NCBI RefSeq assembly: GCF_006345805.1
Contig: NC_043005.1
Location: forward strand, 75,392,001 to 75,456,000
From: Octopus sinensis
Lineage: Eukaryota
Reading direction: 5' to 3'
Length of the DNA stretch: 64,000 nt
In this document: positions 39,391 to 50,056 of the stretch, piece by piece
Numbering within the stretch: position 1 is the stretch's first letter
Layout: every line of letters starts with the position of its first letter
Translations under genes and position numbers: made by a program
Notes under the pieces: model-generated
The model's database searches: none
The model's input: only the letters and a program-made list of their open reading frames with translations
Told to the model about the DNA's origin: nothing

Positions 39391-40105
39391 GCAGATAACA
39401 CACAGACTATAATTACAAACAATGATTATAGAGAGACTCTTTATGATGATGTCATTCATTCCAATGATTATGGAAGTTTATTCAGTTCTGAACATGATAA
39501 ACGATGATTGTGCAGGATTTTAATGAATATTTGTTTGAAATATTTTAAGATTTACGATGTAATTATAATTTGAAACCATATCAAATTTCTACTTCAGTTT
39601 TGTATGCATAAATAAATAACGCCTACAAATTCATTTTCATTCCCCCATATTTTTTTGTTTCCATTTAAATATTTATAGTTTCCAACCTAATTAGAAATAT
39701 AAAATATTAAAAAAATATCCAGTACAGATATAGAAATACTGTGATGAGTGTGATTTCAATGAATGTAGATGATCACGTATAAGGAACATGACTAACTCGG
39801 CAAGTGTAAATATTCATAAGAGATACATTGCCATATTTAATTAGTAGGGCATGTGTTTTGATGCGTAGACAGGATAATTATGGTTATTATGTTATTATTA
39901 TTGTAGTTCATCGTTTTCTTTTCGTTTATGCGTTTAAGAGATCATTCTGAGTTCTGCTACTGATGTATTTTACATTGAGCTTTTAATTGCAACCCTTTGA
40001 GAGTTGTATCCATGCAATAGGTGACCCTTGAAATTATACAATACATGTGAAATACATACACACATGCACAAAATATATATAGATATACATGCATATATAT
40101 ATGAA

Positions 40106-40935
40106 TGGAGATTGTCAAAATGAAGGGGACACCTCTGATGAGAACCCAATAAGGTTTGGAAATTGATTAAGCTTGTTCATCATTTTTTCAGTCTGTGGAA
40201 AAATGGTTACAATTTGCCCTCTTTTCCTCTTTTATTTGCTTCAGTCATTTGACAGCGGCCATGCTGGAGCACCACCTGTAGTTGAGCAAATTGACCCCAG
40301 GACTTATTCTTTTGTAAGCCTAGTACTTATTCTATCAGTCTCTTTTGCTGAACTGCTAAGTTATAGGGACATAAACACACCACCATCAGTTGTCATGAGA
40401 TGTTGGGGGGACAAACACAGACACACAAACATATGCACACAAATATACGACGGCTTCAGTTTCCGTCTACCAAATCCACTCACAAAGCTTCGGTCGGCCC
40501 GAGGCTATAGTAGAATACACTTGCCTAAAGTGCCACACAGTGGGACTGAACCCGGAACCATGTGGTCGGTAAGCAAGCTACTTACTACACAGCCACTCCT
40601 GTGCCCTGTTTATAATTATACCATATGTTACATATATTATATCATACCTTGACACTGTGTGGATTAAGATCTCCATTGACAGGCCACTGGTATCTATTGT
40701 GTTAAACACTTTTGGTATGCAAATTAGTGAATCCTTCATAGAGTAACTAATGCATTTATTAAGTATATAAACAGTTTGGCTGGTTGCTTCTCTGGAGATT
40801 GTTAAAATGATGTGGATGCCTCTGATGAAAATACAATAAGGTTCAAAAATTGATTAAGGTTGTTCATCATTTTATTCAGTCTGTGGAGAAATGACTAAAA
40901 TTTGCCCTGTTTATAATTATACCATATGTTATGTA
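40106..40935 (+). mobile_element. 1.5-unit tandem (about 300-bp unit) with two hammerhead-like motifs, first unit split by a SINE
   Basis: ggagattgt(c/t)aaaatga..cctCTGATGA at 40135 and 40822. The downstream ttcatcattt..cagtctgtgga..aatttgccctgtttataattataccatatgtta is duplicated. Confidence 0.7.
40221..40605 (-). mobile_element. tRNA-derived SINE, family A
   Basis: Reverse complement of the ggcgcaggagtggctgtgtggtaag...ggttcagtccc...gactgaaacaagtaaaagag family. Confidence 0.9.
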
Positions 40936-41166
40936 TATATATATTTTCTCTCCTTGTTCCTTTCTGTGGAAGAGTGTGGGCTTGAAATGTTAAAGACTTT
41001 TTCACTTCCTGAGCGTTATACTAATACATCTGTTTGTTGTCTAAACCACCTGTCTTCGCCTTTTGTTTTTTTGTGAATTCTCCCTATATATATATATATA
41101 TATATACATTTACACACACACACATATATATATATACACATATATATACATACACATATATATATA

Positions 41167-41397
41167 TTAAATATGGGGAAGGCCAGTTTATGGGATTACC
41201 TTAGGTTTCCTGTCCATAAAGGGTTTAGCCTTATGGTATATCGTCAGATCCCAAAAGTTTGTTGGTCCATGACCTCTTAAAAATATGGAGGTCACAGGCC
41301 AACATATTTTTGGGATTTGATGATATGCCATAAAGCTAAACCCTTTATGAACGGGAAACCTAAGGTAATCCCATAAACCCGCCTTCCCCATTTTTAA
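41167..41397. mobile_element. Palindromic MITE, about 108-bp imperfect arms, about 13-nt loop
   Basis: atggggaagg..gtttatgggattaccttaggtttcc...gacctc | ttaaaaatatg | gaggtc...ggaaacctaaggtaatcccataaac..ccttccccat. Confidence 0.8.
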
Positions 41398-41796
41398 CAT
41401 GTACTGTTCTACATCTTAGAGATGTGCCTCTTCTTTCGGATTTATGTTTTTTACAAACAATCTGATATATATATATGTGTGTGTGTGTAATAATAATAAT
41501 ATTTGATGAAGAAAATGGAAGATAGATATTTTGTACTAATCTTATTCAGTATGATTATTGTTTTGACCCATCCTGCAACTGTCTGTTATAGGTAGGATTT
41601 TGTGCGTCTAACTGTGTTGTATGATTCTGTGCAGTTTGTGTCATGTCTGGTGCATGCATAAAGAAGGGGATGTCCTGCTAGATATACTGAGATGTCCTAG
41701 GCATGTTGTTCGAGCCTGCTGTATCTTGGTTATGACCGGCTAAAGTTGTCTGTGAGTGTATAACATGAAATTAAAATCATACAATCATAAAATATA

Positions 41797-41958
41797 GGCG
41801 CAGGAGTGGCTGTGTGGTAAGTAGCTTGCTAACCAACCACATGGTTCCGGGTTCAGTCCCACTGCATGGCATCTTGGGCAAGTGTCTTCTGCTATAGCCC
41901 GGGGCCGACCAATGCCTTGTGAGTGGATTTGGTAGACGGAAACTGAAAGAAGCCTGTC

Positions 41959-42004
<46 letters not shown>

Positions 42005-42319
42005 AATCCAAAAGGGAAACAAAAAAACAACAACAACAGGAACAATTACAGTATTATTATTAATAGGCGCTCAGGAGATGGAAGCAGGATATATATATAT
42101 ATGTGTATGTGTTTGTGTTTGTCCCCCTAGCATTGCTTGACAACCGATGCTGGTGTGTTTACGTCCCTGTCACTTAGCGGTTTGGCAAAAGAGCTCGATA
42201 GAATAAGTACTGGGCTTACAAAGAATAAGTCCCGGGGTCGATTTGCTCGACTAAAGGCGGTGCTCCAGCATGGCCGCAGTCAAATGACTGAAACAAGTAA
42301 AAGAGAAAAGAGTAAAGAG
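41797..42319 (+). mobile_element. SINE family A with a Penelope-like fragment (41998-42090) inside its central TA run
   Basis: Head and tail of family A are separated by a sequence matching 32381-32465. Confidence 0.85.
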
Positions 42320-42789
42320 TATAGAGAGTAGGACCTATCAAAGAAAGATTACATTTAGGTTAACAGAGAGGGAGTGTGCACTCCCAGTCATGACAACACA
42401 CTCACACAGGTGTACGGACACACACCTACACATAGACATATGCTATAAATTAAAAACACAGAATCATAGAAGAATATGAATACATGAAAGTCTTCATGTA
42501 TCCAAGAGCATGGAAACTACTAATTACAAGGTAATTGCTATATAGAATTATCTTATAATTTGCATACTGAAGCTAGATCTATATTTTTTGGTTAGGCATA
42601 AACTGTTAAAACAGAAACCAATAATAAGGAAAAAGAATTCCAAATCAGTGATTTTGATAGCTGTGTCACAGGAGTGTGTTTGTTCTTTGGTCCAAGGTGA
42701 TGGCTGGTTGAGATGATGAATGAAAGGTGAATGACTCTTGCGAACATTTAAAAGAAAATTTTATTATTGCACATAGAGTCAATTGCATT

Positions 42790-43735
42790 GATTTTTTTTT
42801 TTACAAATAACAACAGCAGTAATGGAAAGACTTCCTCCTGTCCTCCCCTCTCTTTTTCTTGCAAATTATTGTTTTTTTATAATTTTTTTTTTGCCAAAAA
42901 CCCACGCTTTCGGATACGGAGATTCCGGAAAAATGCCAAAAATCGGAATTTTGAAATTGCTTACCTACTCTCTTCTCACAGTTTCTTCATTTTTCACTTT
43001 TTTCCGTAACCCTAACCCTAAAACCCCAACTCTAAAACCCTCAACCCTAAAACCCCAACCTTAACCCAAACCCTAAGGAGAAAAATTTTTGGAAACTTTT
43101 TTTCAGAATCATAATCTCTGTATTTTTCTGCATATTAAAAAAAAAAAACCTGAAAAAAGTTAAAAATGAAGAATTTAGTGGGGGGACAGGGTAATTTTAA
43201 AATACCGATTTTTGCCAATTTTTTTTTTGCAGCTACGTATTCTCTGTAGCTCAAAACAAGTGTTTGTGTAGAAAAAAAAATTAAATAAAAAAGGAGTGTT
43301 TTTTGGTGGGGTACAAAAGGAAGTCTTGTCATAGAAAGGTATGCCATTTGAAAGGTATTTATATAAAAGTTCATTAAAAGATATCCATTTTCCCAAAAGT
43401 TATTAGGGAAAAAAATCGGACCTTGTGAATTTTCCGAAAGTCCTTTCCCCACCCCCTTGGAAAAGATTTCCCCCATTAATTTTTGTTTAATTGTAATGTA
43501 TGCCGTTTGAAAGGTATTTATATAAAATTTTATCAAAAAAAAAACATTTTCCTAAAAGTTATGAGGAAAAAACTCAGATCTCGTGAATTTTCCGAAAGCC
43601 TTTTCCACATCACCCCAGTTGGTTTGTATGCAATTTTGTTTACATATTCGTTTCATACACATTTTTGTACTAGATTTTGTATTTTTGACGGGGTAATAAA
43701 GTAAATACTAACCAAAAATAGGAAGCGGGTTACTG
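42790..43735. mobile_element. Unclassified DNA-transposon-like repeat with degenerate telomere-like tract and about 155-bp internal duplication
   Basis: (TAACCC)-like tract at 43007-43077. The atgcc(a/g)tttgaaaggtatttatataaaa...gtgaattttccgaaag block occurs twice. Only weak CAGTAA inverted ends. Confidence 0.35.
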
Positions 43736-43989
43736 ATGGGACATGGGCTATGTACTTACCACTTATTGTGCCACCATGTTACCAGTTATGCTACTAAATG
43801 TCTGACATTCCATCTCTTCAAATAGTAGAAACAATTATAAACTATCATCTGCAATTAAATGTTAATTGCTAATTCCTGTATAGTATTGTTCTGAAATAAA
43901 TCTTGCGAAGGTATTCCTCACATCCTCATAAAAACTGCATACGTGTAGTGGAGATTTGAAACAATTGCTAGGTAACCTGTCATACATCA

Positions 43990-44300
43990 TGGGCGTTGTG
44001 AGTGTTTATTGAGCGAAAACACCTAAAGCTCCACGAGGCTCCGGCAGGGATGGTGGTGATCCTTGCTGTACTCTTTCACCACAACTTTCTCTCACTCTTA
44101 CTTCCTGTTTCTGTTGTACTTGTATTTCAAAGGGCCGGCCTTGTCACTCTCTGTGTCACGCTGAATATCCCCGAGAACTACGTTAAGGGTACACGTGTCT
44201 GTGGAGTGCTCAGCCACTTACACGTTAATTTCACGAGCAGGCTGTTCCGTTGATCAGATCAACCGGAACCCTCGTCGTCGTAACCGACGGAGTGCTTCCC
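43990..44300 (+). mobile_element. SINE family D, 5'-truncated
   Basis: Near-identical to 54630-54952. Confidence 0.9.
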
Positions 44301-44667
44301 CATAAATCATGGCCAAACCAAAGTAGTTTCACATGATTGGTCTATTAAGCAAATAATCAGCATCAGACCATCACCTTTTGGAGGTAATTTCAGAATTTTG
44401 AGGCAACTGTGCGATGTGTCTCCATTCTTGTCACAGCCAAATGCCCCCAGTAGATGGTTAAGAATGATGACAGACAGATGACAGGAAGCTCTATCGCCAG
44501 GAATATAGTACAATTGTTTCCAGTTATGCTGGGCCAACCACATTTTGCTGTAATCAGTCAGCTTGCCATAAACTCCAAGCGGTATATCTCTCTCAGTATG
44601 CAATTATTGCGGCAAGACTTCCTTTTGTACCCCACCCCAACGGGAAGAAGTCTTTCTCCTTTCTATT

Positions 44668-44848
44668 CACACTCAAAATATTGAGCGTTTATGGGGAAGC
44701 CTGAAAAAGTGTATTGTTCAACCCAGAATGTGACCTAGCTACTTGAAACAATGTCACTCAGTTACTTTTCATATGGGCCATCTCACCGCCAACCCAGCGA
44801 CTTCGTAAGCTTCTTTTGGATGCTGCAAGACTATACCCATGTTCCTGA
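44668..44848 (+). mobile_element. Merlin/IS1595(ISXO2)-like transposase C-terminal fragment
   Basis: HTQNIERLWGSLKK...(stop)PSYLKQ... and LLLDAARLYP resemble the HTQxIExxW motif and C-terminus of eukaryotic ISXO2-like transposases. Confidence 0.55.
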
Positions 44849-45059
44849 TGACACGGAAAAATATATACCAGTCCTTCATGTCATTCACCAATAACTCCTT
44901 AAAGGTAAGTTAGCGCATTTTTTATACTGTTAAATATTCTTGGTGAGCTTTCGATATGAGAACCGTGTTTATCACTTCTTAAAGCACGTATATTTGTTTA
45001 TGTTTCTGAAGAAGTTCGTCGGTTTCGGTAAAATTAAAAAAAAAAATTGTTACATAATA

Positions 45060-45232
45060 GGTGCAGGAGTGGCTGTGTGGTAAGTAGCTTACTTACCAAT
45101 CACATGGTTCCTGGTTTGGTCCCACTGCGTGACACCTTGGGCAAGTATCTTCTACTATAGCCTCGGGCCGACCAAAGCCTTGTGAGTGGATTTGGTAGAC
45201 AGAAACTGAAAGAAGCCTGTCGTATATATGTG

Positions 45233-45302
<70 letters not shown>

Positions 45303-45493
45303 TCCCCCCAACATCACTTGACAACCGATGCTGGTGTGTTTACGTCCCCGTAAATTAGCGGTTCGGCAAAAGAGCCCGATAGAATAAGTACTAGGCTTAC
45401 AAAGATTAAGTCCTGGGATCGATTTGCTCGACTAAGGCGGTGCTCCAGCATGGCCGCAGCCACATGACTGAAACAAGTAAAAGAGAGTAAAAG
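45060..45493 (+). mobile_element. SINE family A, full length, young
   Basis: Complete head, microsatellite and tail, with CpGs retained. Confidence 0.92.
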
Positions 45494-47039
45494 ATTATAT
45501 GTAGGGTAGGGGAAAGGGGATCTTTTGAAGACGGTATGAAAGCAAAAGAAACAGAAAGTGCGATTGGATCAGGGAAGTTCATTTGAAGTTGGCATACCAT
45601 GTAGTGACTGAGAGAACTGGTAGTGATATTAACCAAAAATATTTTAAACAAACAAGGAAGGTATCAGACAGTCGTGAATATGCTAAAAACAACAGCTAAA
45701 TCGCCCTTAACTTTTTTCTATAGTGAAACTATATTCAACACCGTATTTATGAATTTGTCTTTCTCACCATGATATAGGGGCTCTTGTGTGTGTGTACGCG
45801 CGCGCAAGACGGAGAGAAATACATACAAACATCGAGAGAGAGAGAAAGAGAGAGCTATATGTTGGATATTCATATGCTGGATGTAAAAACAATCAATACT
45901 CTAAGTAGGAAATTAATTTGTTTACCATGAAATCCTTCACTGAGAATTGTCTGTCTAGGTTCTGCCAAAGGTAAACATTTTTTCTAAGCCATACATCTCT
46001 TCCACAAAGAATACAAATATTGTTTCATATATGAAATATATGCAGATTTACATTGTTCTTTTTGCTTTTTTTTTTCAATAAATTAGCCGCTAAAGGTATG
46101 CCTAATTCCCTAGCAATACTGGATAACTGCTGGTCCTACAAGAAGGATATATATGTTGGACGAGCTCCGCTGGTTTGGGGTAACTGGTGCAGCGAGTGGC
46201 ATTCTTCGCGGTAATGCCATCACGACCGTGTCCACAGGGCGAGGCTGAAAACACCATTTGTTCTGGTGTCTATCACCTCCATCATCTGCTGCTTAACCTC
46301 ATCCTTTTTTTTCTTCTAATTAAATTGTTCAATCTATATAAATAAGACTAGCTTTCATATAGTCCCCTATGTCAAAAAAAAAAAAAAAAGAAAAAAGTAT
46401 TGTCTACAGCTGCAATGCCTTTGATCTCAGATTTGTTCAATCAGGAACGATCTCGGGGTTAAACAATTTCAATAATAAATCGTATTAACTGGTATACAAA
46501 ATGCACTCCTATTTTACAATATGTTTTATGAGGAAAAAACAGATTGTAAAAAGATAGTTTAAGTGCTTTGGGGAAATAAATGTATGATTCTGTACATGTA
46601 AATACGATATTGTGGCAGGGTATTGGGAAAAGTATCAAACCATAAATTTATTACAAATAAATGTTAGAGCAACATTTTCAGTTTGTAGATGGTTTTAACT
46701 ATTTGATGTTTTATTAACCACATATTTTAACGGTTCCACGTAAAAGTGCCCTGTAAGAAGCATCCTGTACACTGTGAAGTGGTTGGCGTTAGGAAGAGCA
46801 TCCAGTCATAGAAACTGTTAAAATAGACAATTGGAACTTGAGCTGCTCCTCAGTTGGCCAGTTTCTGTCAAACTGTTCAACCTATGCCGGCATGGAAAGT
46901 GGACGTTAAATAATGATGATGATATTTTTACAGGAGAAGAAAGAAAAAACATGAAAAGTATAAAAGGCCAAATTAACGAGAGGTAAAAAAAGCCCCTCAT
47001 GACTACTTCGCCTAAGAAACAAAGGGAAAACAGGGTGGC

Positions 47040-48430
47040 GGGATTAAACAGCAGAAAATAGGGTGGGAAGTAACAAATGTCTGGTTTAGCCTTGCTTTGT
47101 AGAGATGATTGCAAGGGCGTTGTCGCGGAGAGTAGCCAGGGACACTCGCTGCAAGAACCACCCGACCTTGTTGGACTCGTTTCTCTGACGAGCCGCAGTT
47201 ATCTCGATTTTGTGGTGGAAATCGGCACTGCAGGGTCCGAGAACACCTGAGGTCTCGATTCCGACTGGAACAAACTGATTGCAGGTGGCCATGCTCCTGT
47301 ATTTGTTTATCTTTCTCTCTGCATTATGGGCGACGATACTTGGTTTTGCAGCTAATGCAGTAAGGTTGGAGCCAGAGAACGTGTCGCAGATTAGGGATCT
47401 GCCTCCCTCATATGAGAACAGGGTTATTCTGTCGAGGTGCTTGACATCACTGCGGTCAAGATCTACTGGCTCCAGTTGTGACGGAAAGCCAACTATGCCT
47501 TTTCTGTTTAAGTGCACTTTTTGAAATTTTAAAACTAAGTGAAATTTTTCAAATTTGGTGTATCTCAGGGCTTAATTCGGATCCTTTCTTTTTGAACGGC
47601 ACATGTCAACACAATTTCTAGTTAACTGACCACTTTAAAACTTCGTATACTGGTAGAATGTGTCAAAATAAAACATTTTTTCCTCTTGGCTTTCTTGAGA
47701 AAATTGTAATTTGTTTGTTTAACGTAGTTTAATTTTTCGAATTTTAACCAATGAATCGCCTCTATTTAGCTAAAATCATTTGCTGCGTCTAAAACTGAGA
47801 CAACATCCTGTCACTAACCCTAACCCTAATTTTTTTTTCTTAATTGTTAAATTAATTTAATTGCTACGCGTGTAAAAAAAAAAACGAAAGGCTAAAACGA
47901 AAGCAATGGAAAATAATTTAAACAATTAACAAACAAAATAATTCTATAATTTTATACACCCGCTTTCCGTACGGACGGAAAGCGTGTGTATAAAATTGTA
48001 GAAATTGAAAAGCTGCAACGAAACAGAAAAGATTTGAGGGCCTCTCTAATTACGTCATTCACGGCGGTGTGTCGGGAGAACTGGCCCGCACTATAGCTGC
48101 AGGATAATGGATGCAGACCGAATTCGACTACCGCTCTACAACGGCATTTGTGCGACTCACACTCGCGGTAATCGAGATGCTAAGTCACTCCGATACGTCT
48201 GCGCTCATCATCAAGAAGGGTACGAGCTGATGATGAGGGCACCGAATTGAGCCAGGTACTGCGAAGCAGAACGGAGGGAAGCGAGGCGATACTGGTCTAA
48301 GGATGTCCCAATCCGTCCGATGGCAGATTTGCATTTGGTGTTGTCCCAGTTACGTTGGACATCTGTATTCTGGAAGGTGATCGAGAGAATTGCCATACAG
48401 AATGTCAAACTTGTATTTCTGGCTTAATAC
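47040..48430 (-). mobile_element. CRE-clade (RLE-bearing) non-LTR retrotransposon 3' fragment, interrupted
   Basis: HKCRC....FGLHPLSC....QFSRHTAVNDVIREALK (CCHC) joined, after removing the insert, to VGFPSQLEP..LDRSD.KHLD.ITLF...RSLICDT...FVPVGIETSGVLG...QRVSLA..RDNA (restriction-like endonuclease, degenerate PD-D motif). Confidence 0.75.
47499..48031. mobile_element. 533-bp insertion with 11-bp terminal inverted repeats and a 29-bp subterminal hairpin
   Basis: CTTTTCTGTTT...AAACAGAAAAG. Hairpin arms 47942-47970 and 47975-48003 with 2 mismatches. Removing the insert restores the CRE reading frame. No TSD seen. Confidence 0.7.
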
Positions 48431-50017
48431 TTTCTGTAACAGCAATTAGCCAACAGGGTTGCTCACTGCTTCTATGGTTTTGTCATCCATTCATTGTAAG
48501 TAGCTGACAGGTGGTTGAAAATTTAGCATATATTTCATCTTTCTTGGAGAATTTTCAGTTAGATAATTAAAAAATGTTCATTAAAGGTAACACAATCATT
48601 AAATAATATAAAGCACATATCAGATGTGTGAAGGCGCAAAAAAATGTAAAGCGCATATCAGAGGACTTGCGGTCGGAGGATCGCGGTTTCGATTCCCAGA
48701 CTAGGCATTGTGTGTGTTTATTGAGCGAAAACACCTAAGGCTCCACGAGGCTCCGGCAGGGAGTGGTGGCGACCCCTGTTGTACTCTTTCGCCCCAACTT
48801 TCTCTCACTCTTTCTTCCTATTTCTTGGGGACATACGTCACAGAAACCGGGAAACCGGGCTCATGAGCCTGGTTAGGCTTGAAAAGGGTACATAAATAAA
48901 AAAAAAAAACATCAGCTGTAGGTTATGTATGACCGAAAAAGGGTTAACATGCAGTTTACTGTCGAAAATTAAAAACTAAAAGAATAATGTGATAGAAACC
49001 AGAAGTAACGACAGTGATGTTACCGAAATTTCGTAAAGCTCAATTGATATCCGATGGGTGTTCTTCCTCTGCGAATCACTGCAACTTCTGTACTCATGAA
49101 GTTGCCTATCATTCATTCAATTTTGTTATTCAAACGATAGCATCTATGCACGAACTTATAGAAGGCGAGGGATGCTCGTCAAGAAGAAACTTGGGCGGTA
49201 ATGTGAGGTTAGGGGTGATTTAGTTACATCATGTCTTCATGAGCATGTGTGGCGAACAAATTTTGAGACTGAAAAAAAAAAATTACTACGAATCTCATTC
49301 CGTACATCTGCGACAGTTATGTTTTCCTGGAAATGTAATTGTTTTCTTCGTGTTATATTAAATATATGTACGTTTATGTATTGGATACATTGGTTGCCTT
49401 ACATGCAGTGTTTACTTGAAATTACGAGCTGTCGGTATCATCACCTCCGCTTTCTATCACAATACATTTTCATTTTTTAAAGATTATTTATTTTCACTAT
49501 TTTTCGATGGTAAACTGCATATTAGCCCTGAGGAAGTAGTAAATGTGATGATGTAACATCCCCACGTAACTGTCGACATACCGTTAAAAATGCTTTTGTA
49601 AGTTTGTGCAAACAGACTGTGATAATTTGTCTAGTTTTCAATATTTTAATATTAATAACAATTATTGTACCTAGTGGACATATGCTCATCTGGTTCCATA
49701 GTCTATGGTGTCCAGTCTTCCATTTGTGATATGACCGCGTTAGATTAGAGCAGGTTTTGGATGTGTAGCAGAACTGTTTAACACTCATTTTATTGTAATA
49801 TTAGACATCTTGTCAATGTGGATATTTTAACCTTAAATACTGAAGAATTGGCTCATCAGAGCTTTTCTTAGCGTCACCAAGTCGCATGACTCAGTTGTTG
49901 ACCAAATTAGTTGCAGGTATTGGTCGATTTTAACTGTCCAATCGTGTGTTTGCCACAGACTTTGTTCCCAACGCGGAAAAAACCCATTTTTGCCCCGTGG
50001 AGCCACCCCATGCTTAC

Positions 50018-50056
50018 ATAAACACTAGTTTCTCCCGCTCTTGGATCAGCCGCCAT
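50018..50056 (-). CDS. Possible first coding exon of an unidentified gene (MAADPRAGETSVY)
   Basis: ATGGCGGCT start in a CpG-rich non-repeat stretch, 13 codons, then a TAT|gtaagc donor. No homology recognised. Confidence 0.25.

Noticed and set aside
42726-44889. GGTGAATGAC inverted pair as Merlin TIRs
   Set aside because: Only a 10-bp match, no 8-9-bp TSD, and unrelated elements in between.
46141-46310. CpG-rich unique segment as a coding exon
   Set aside because: Frames are short or interrupted by stops, with no recognisable domain or splice pair.
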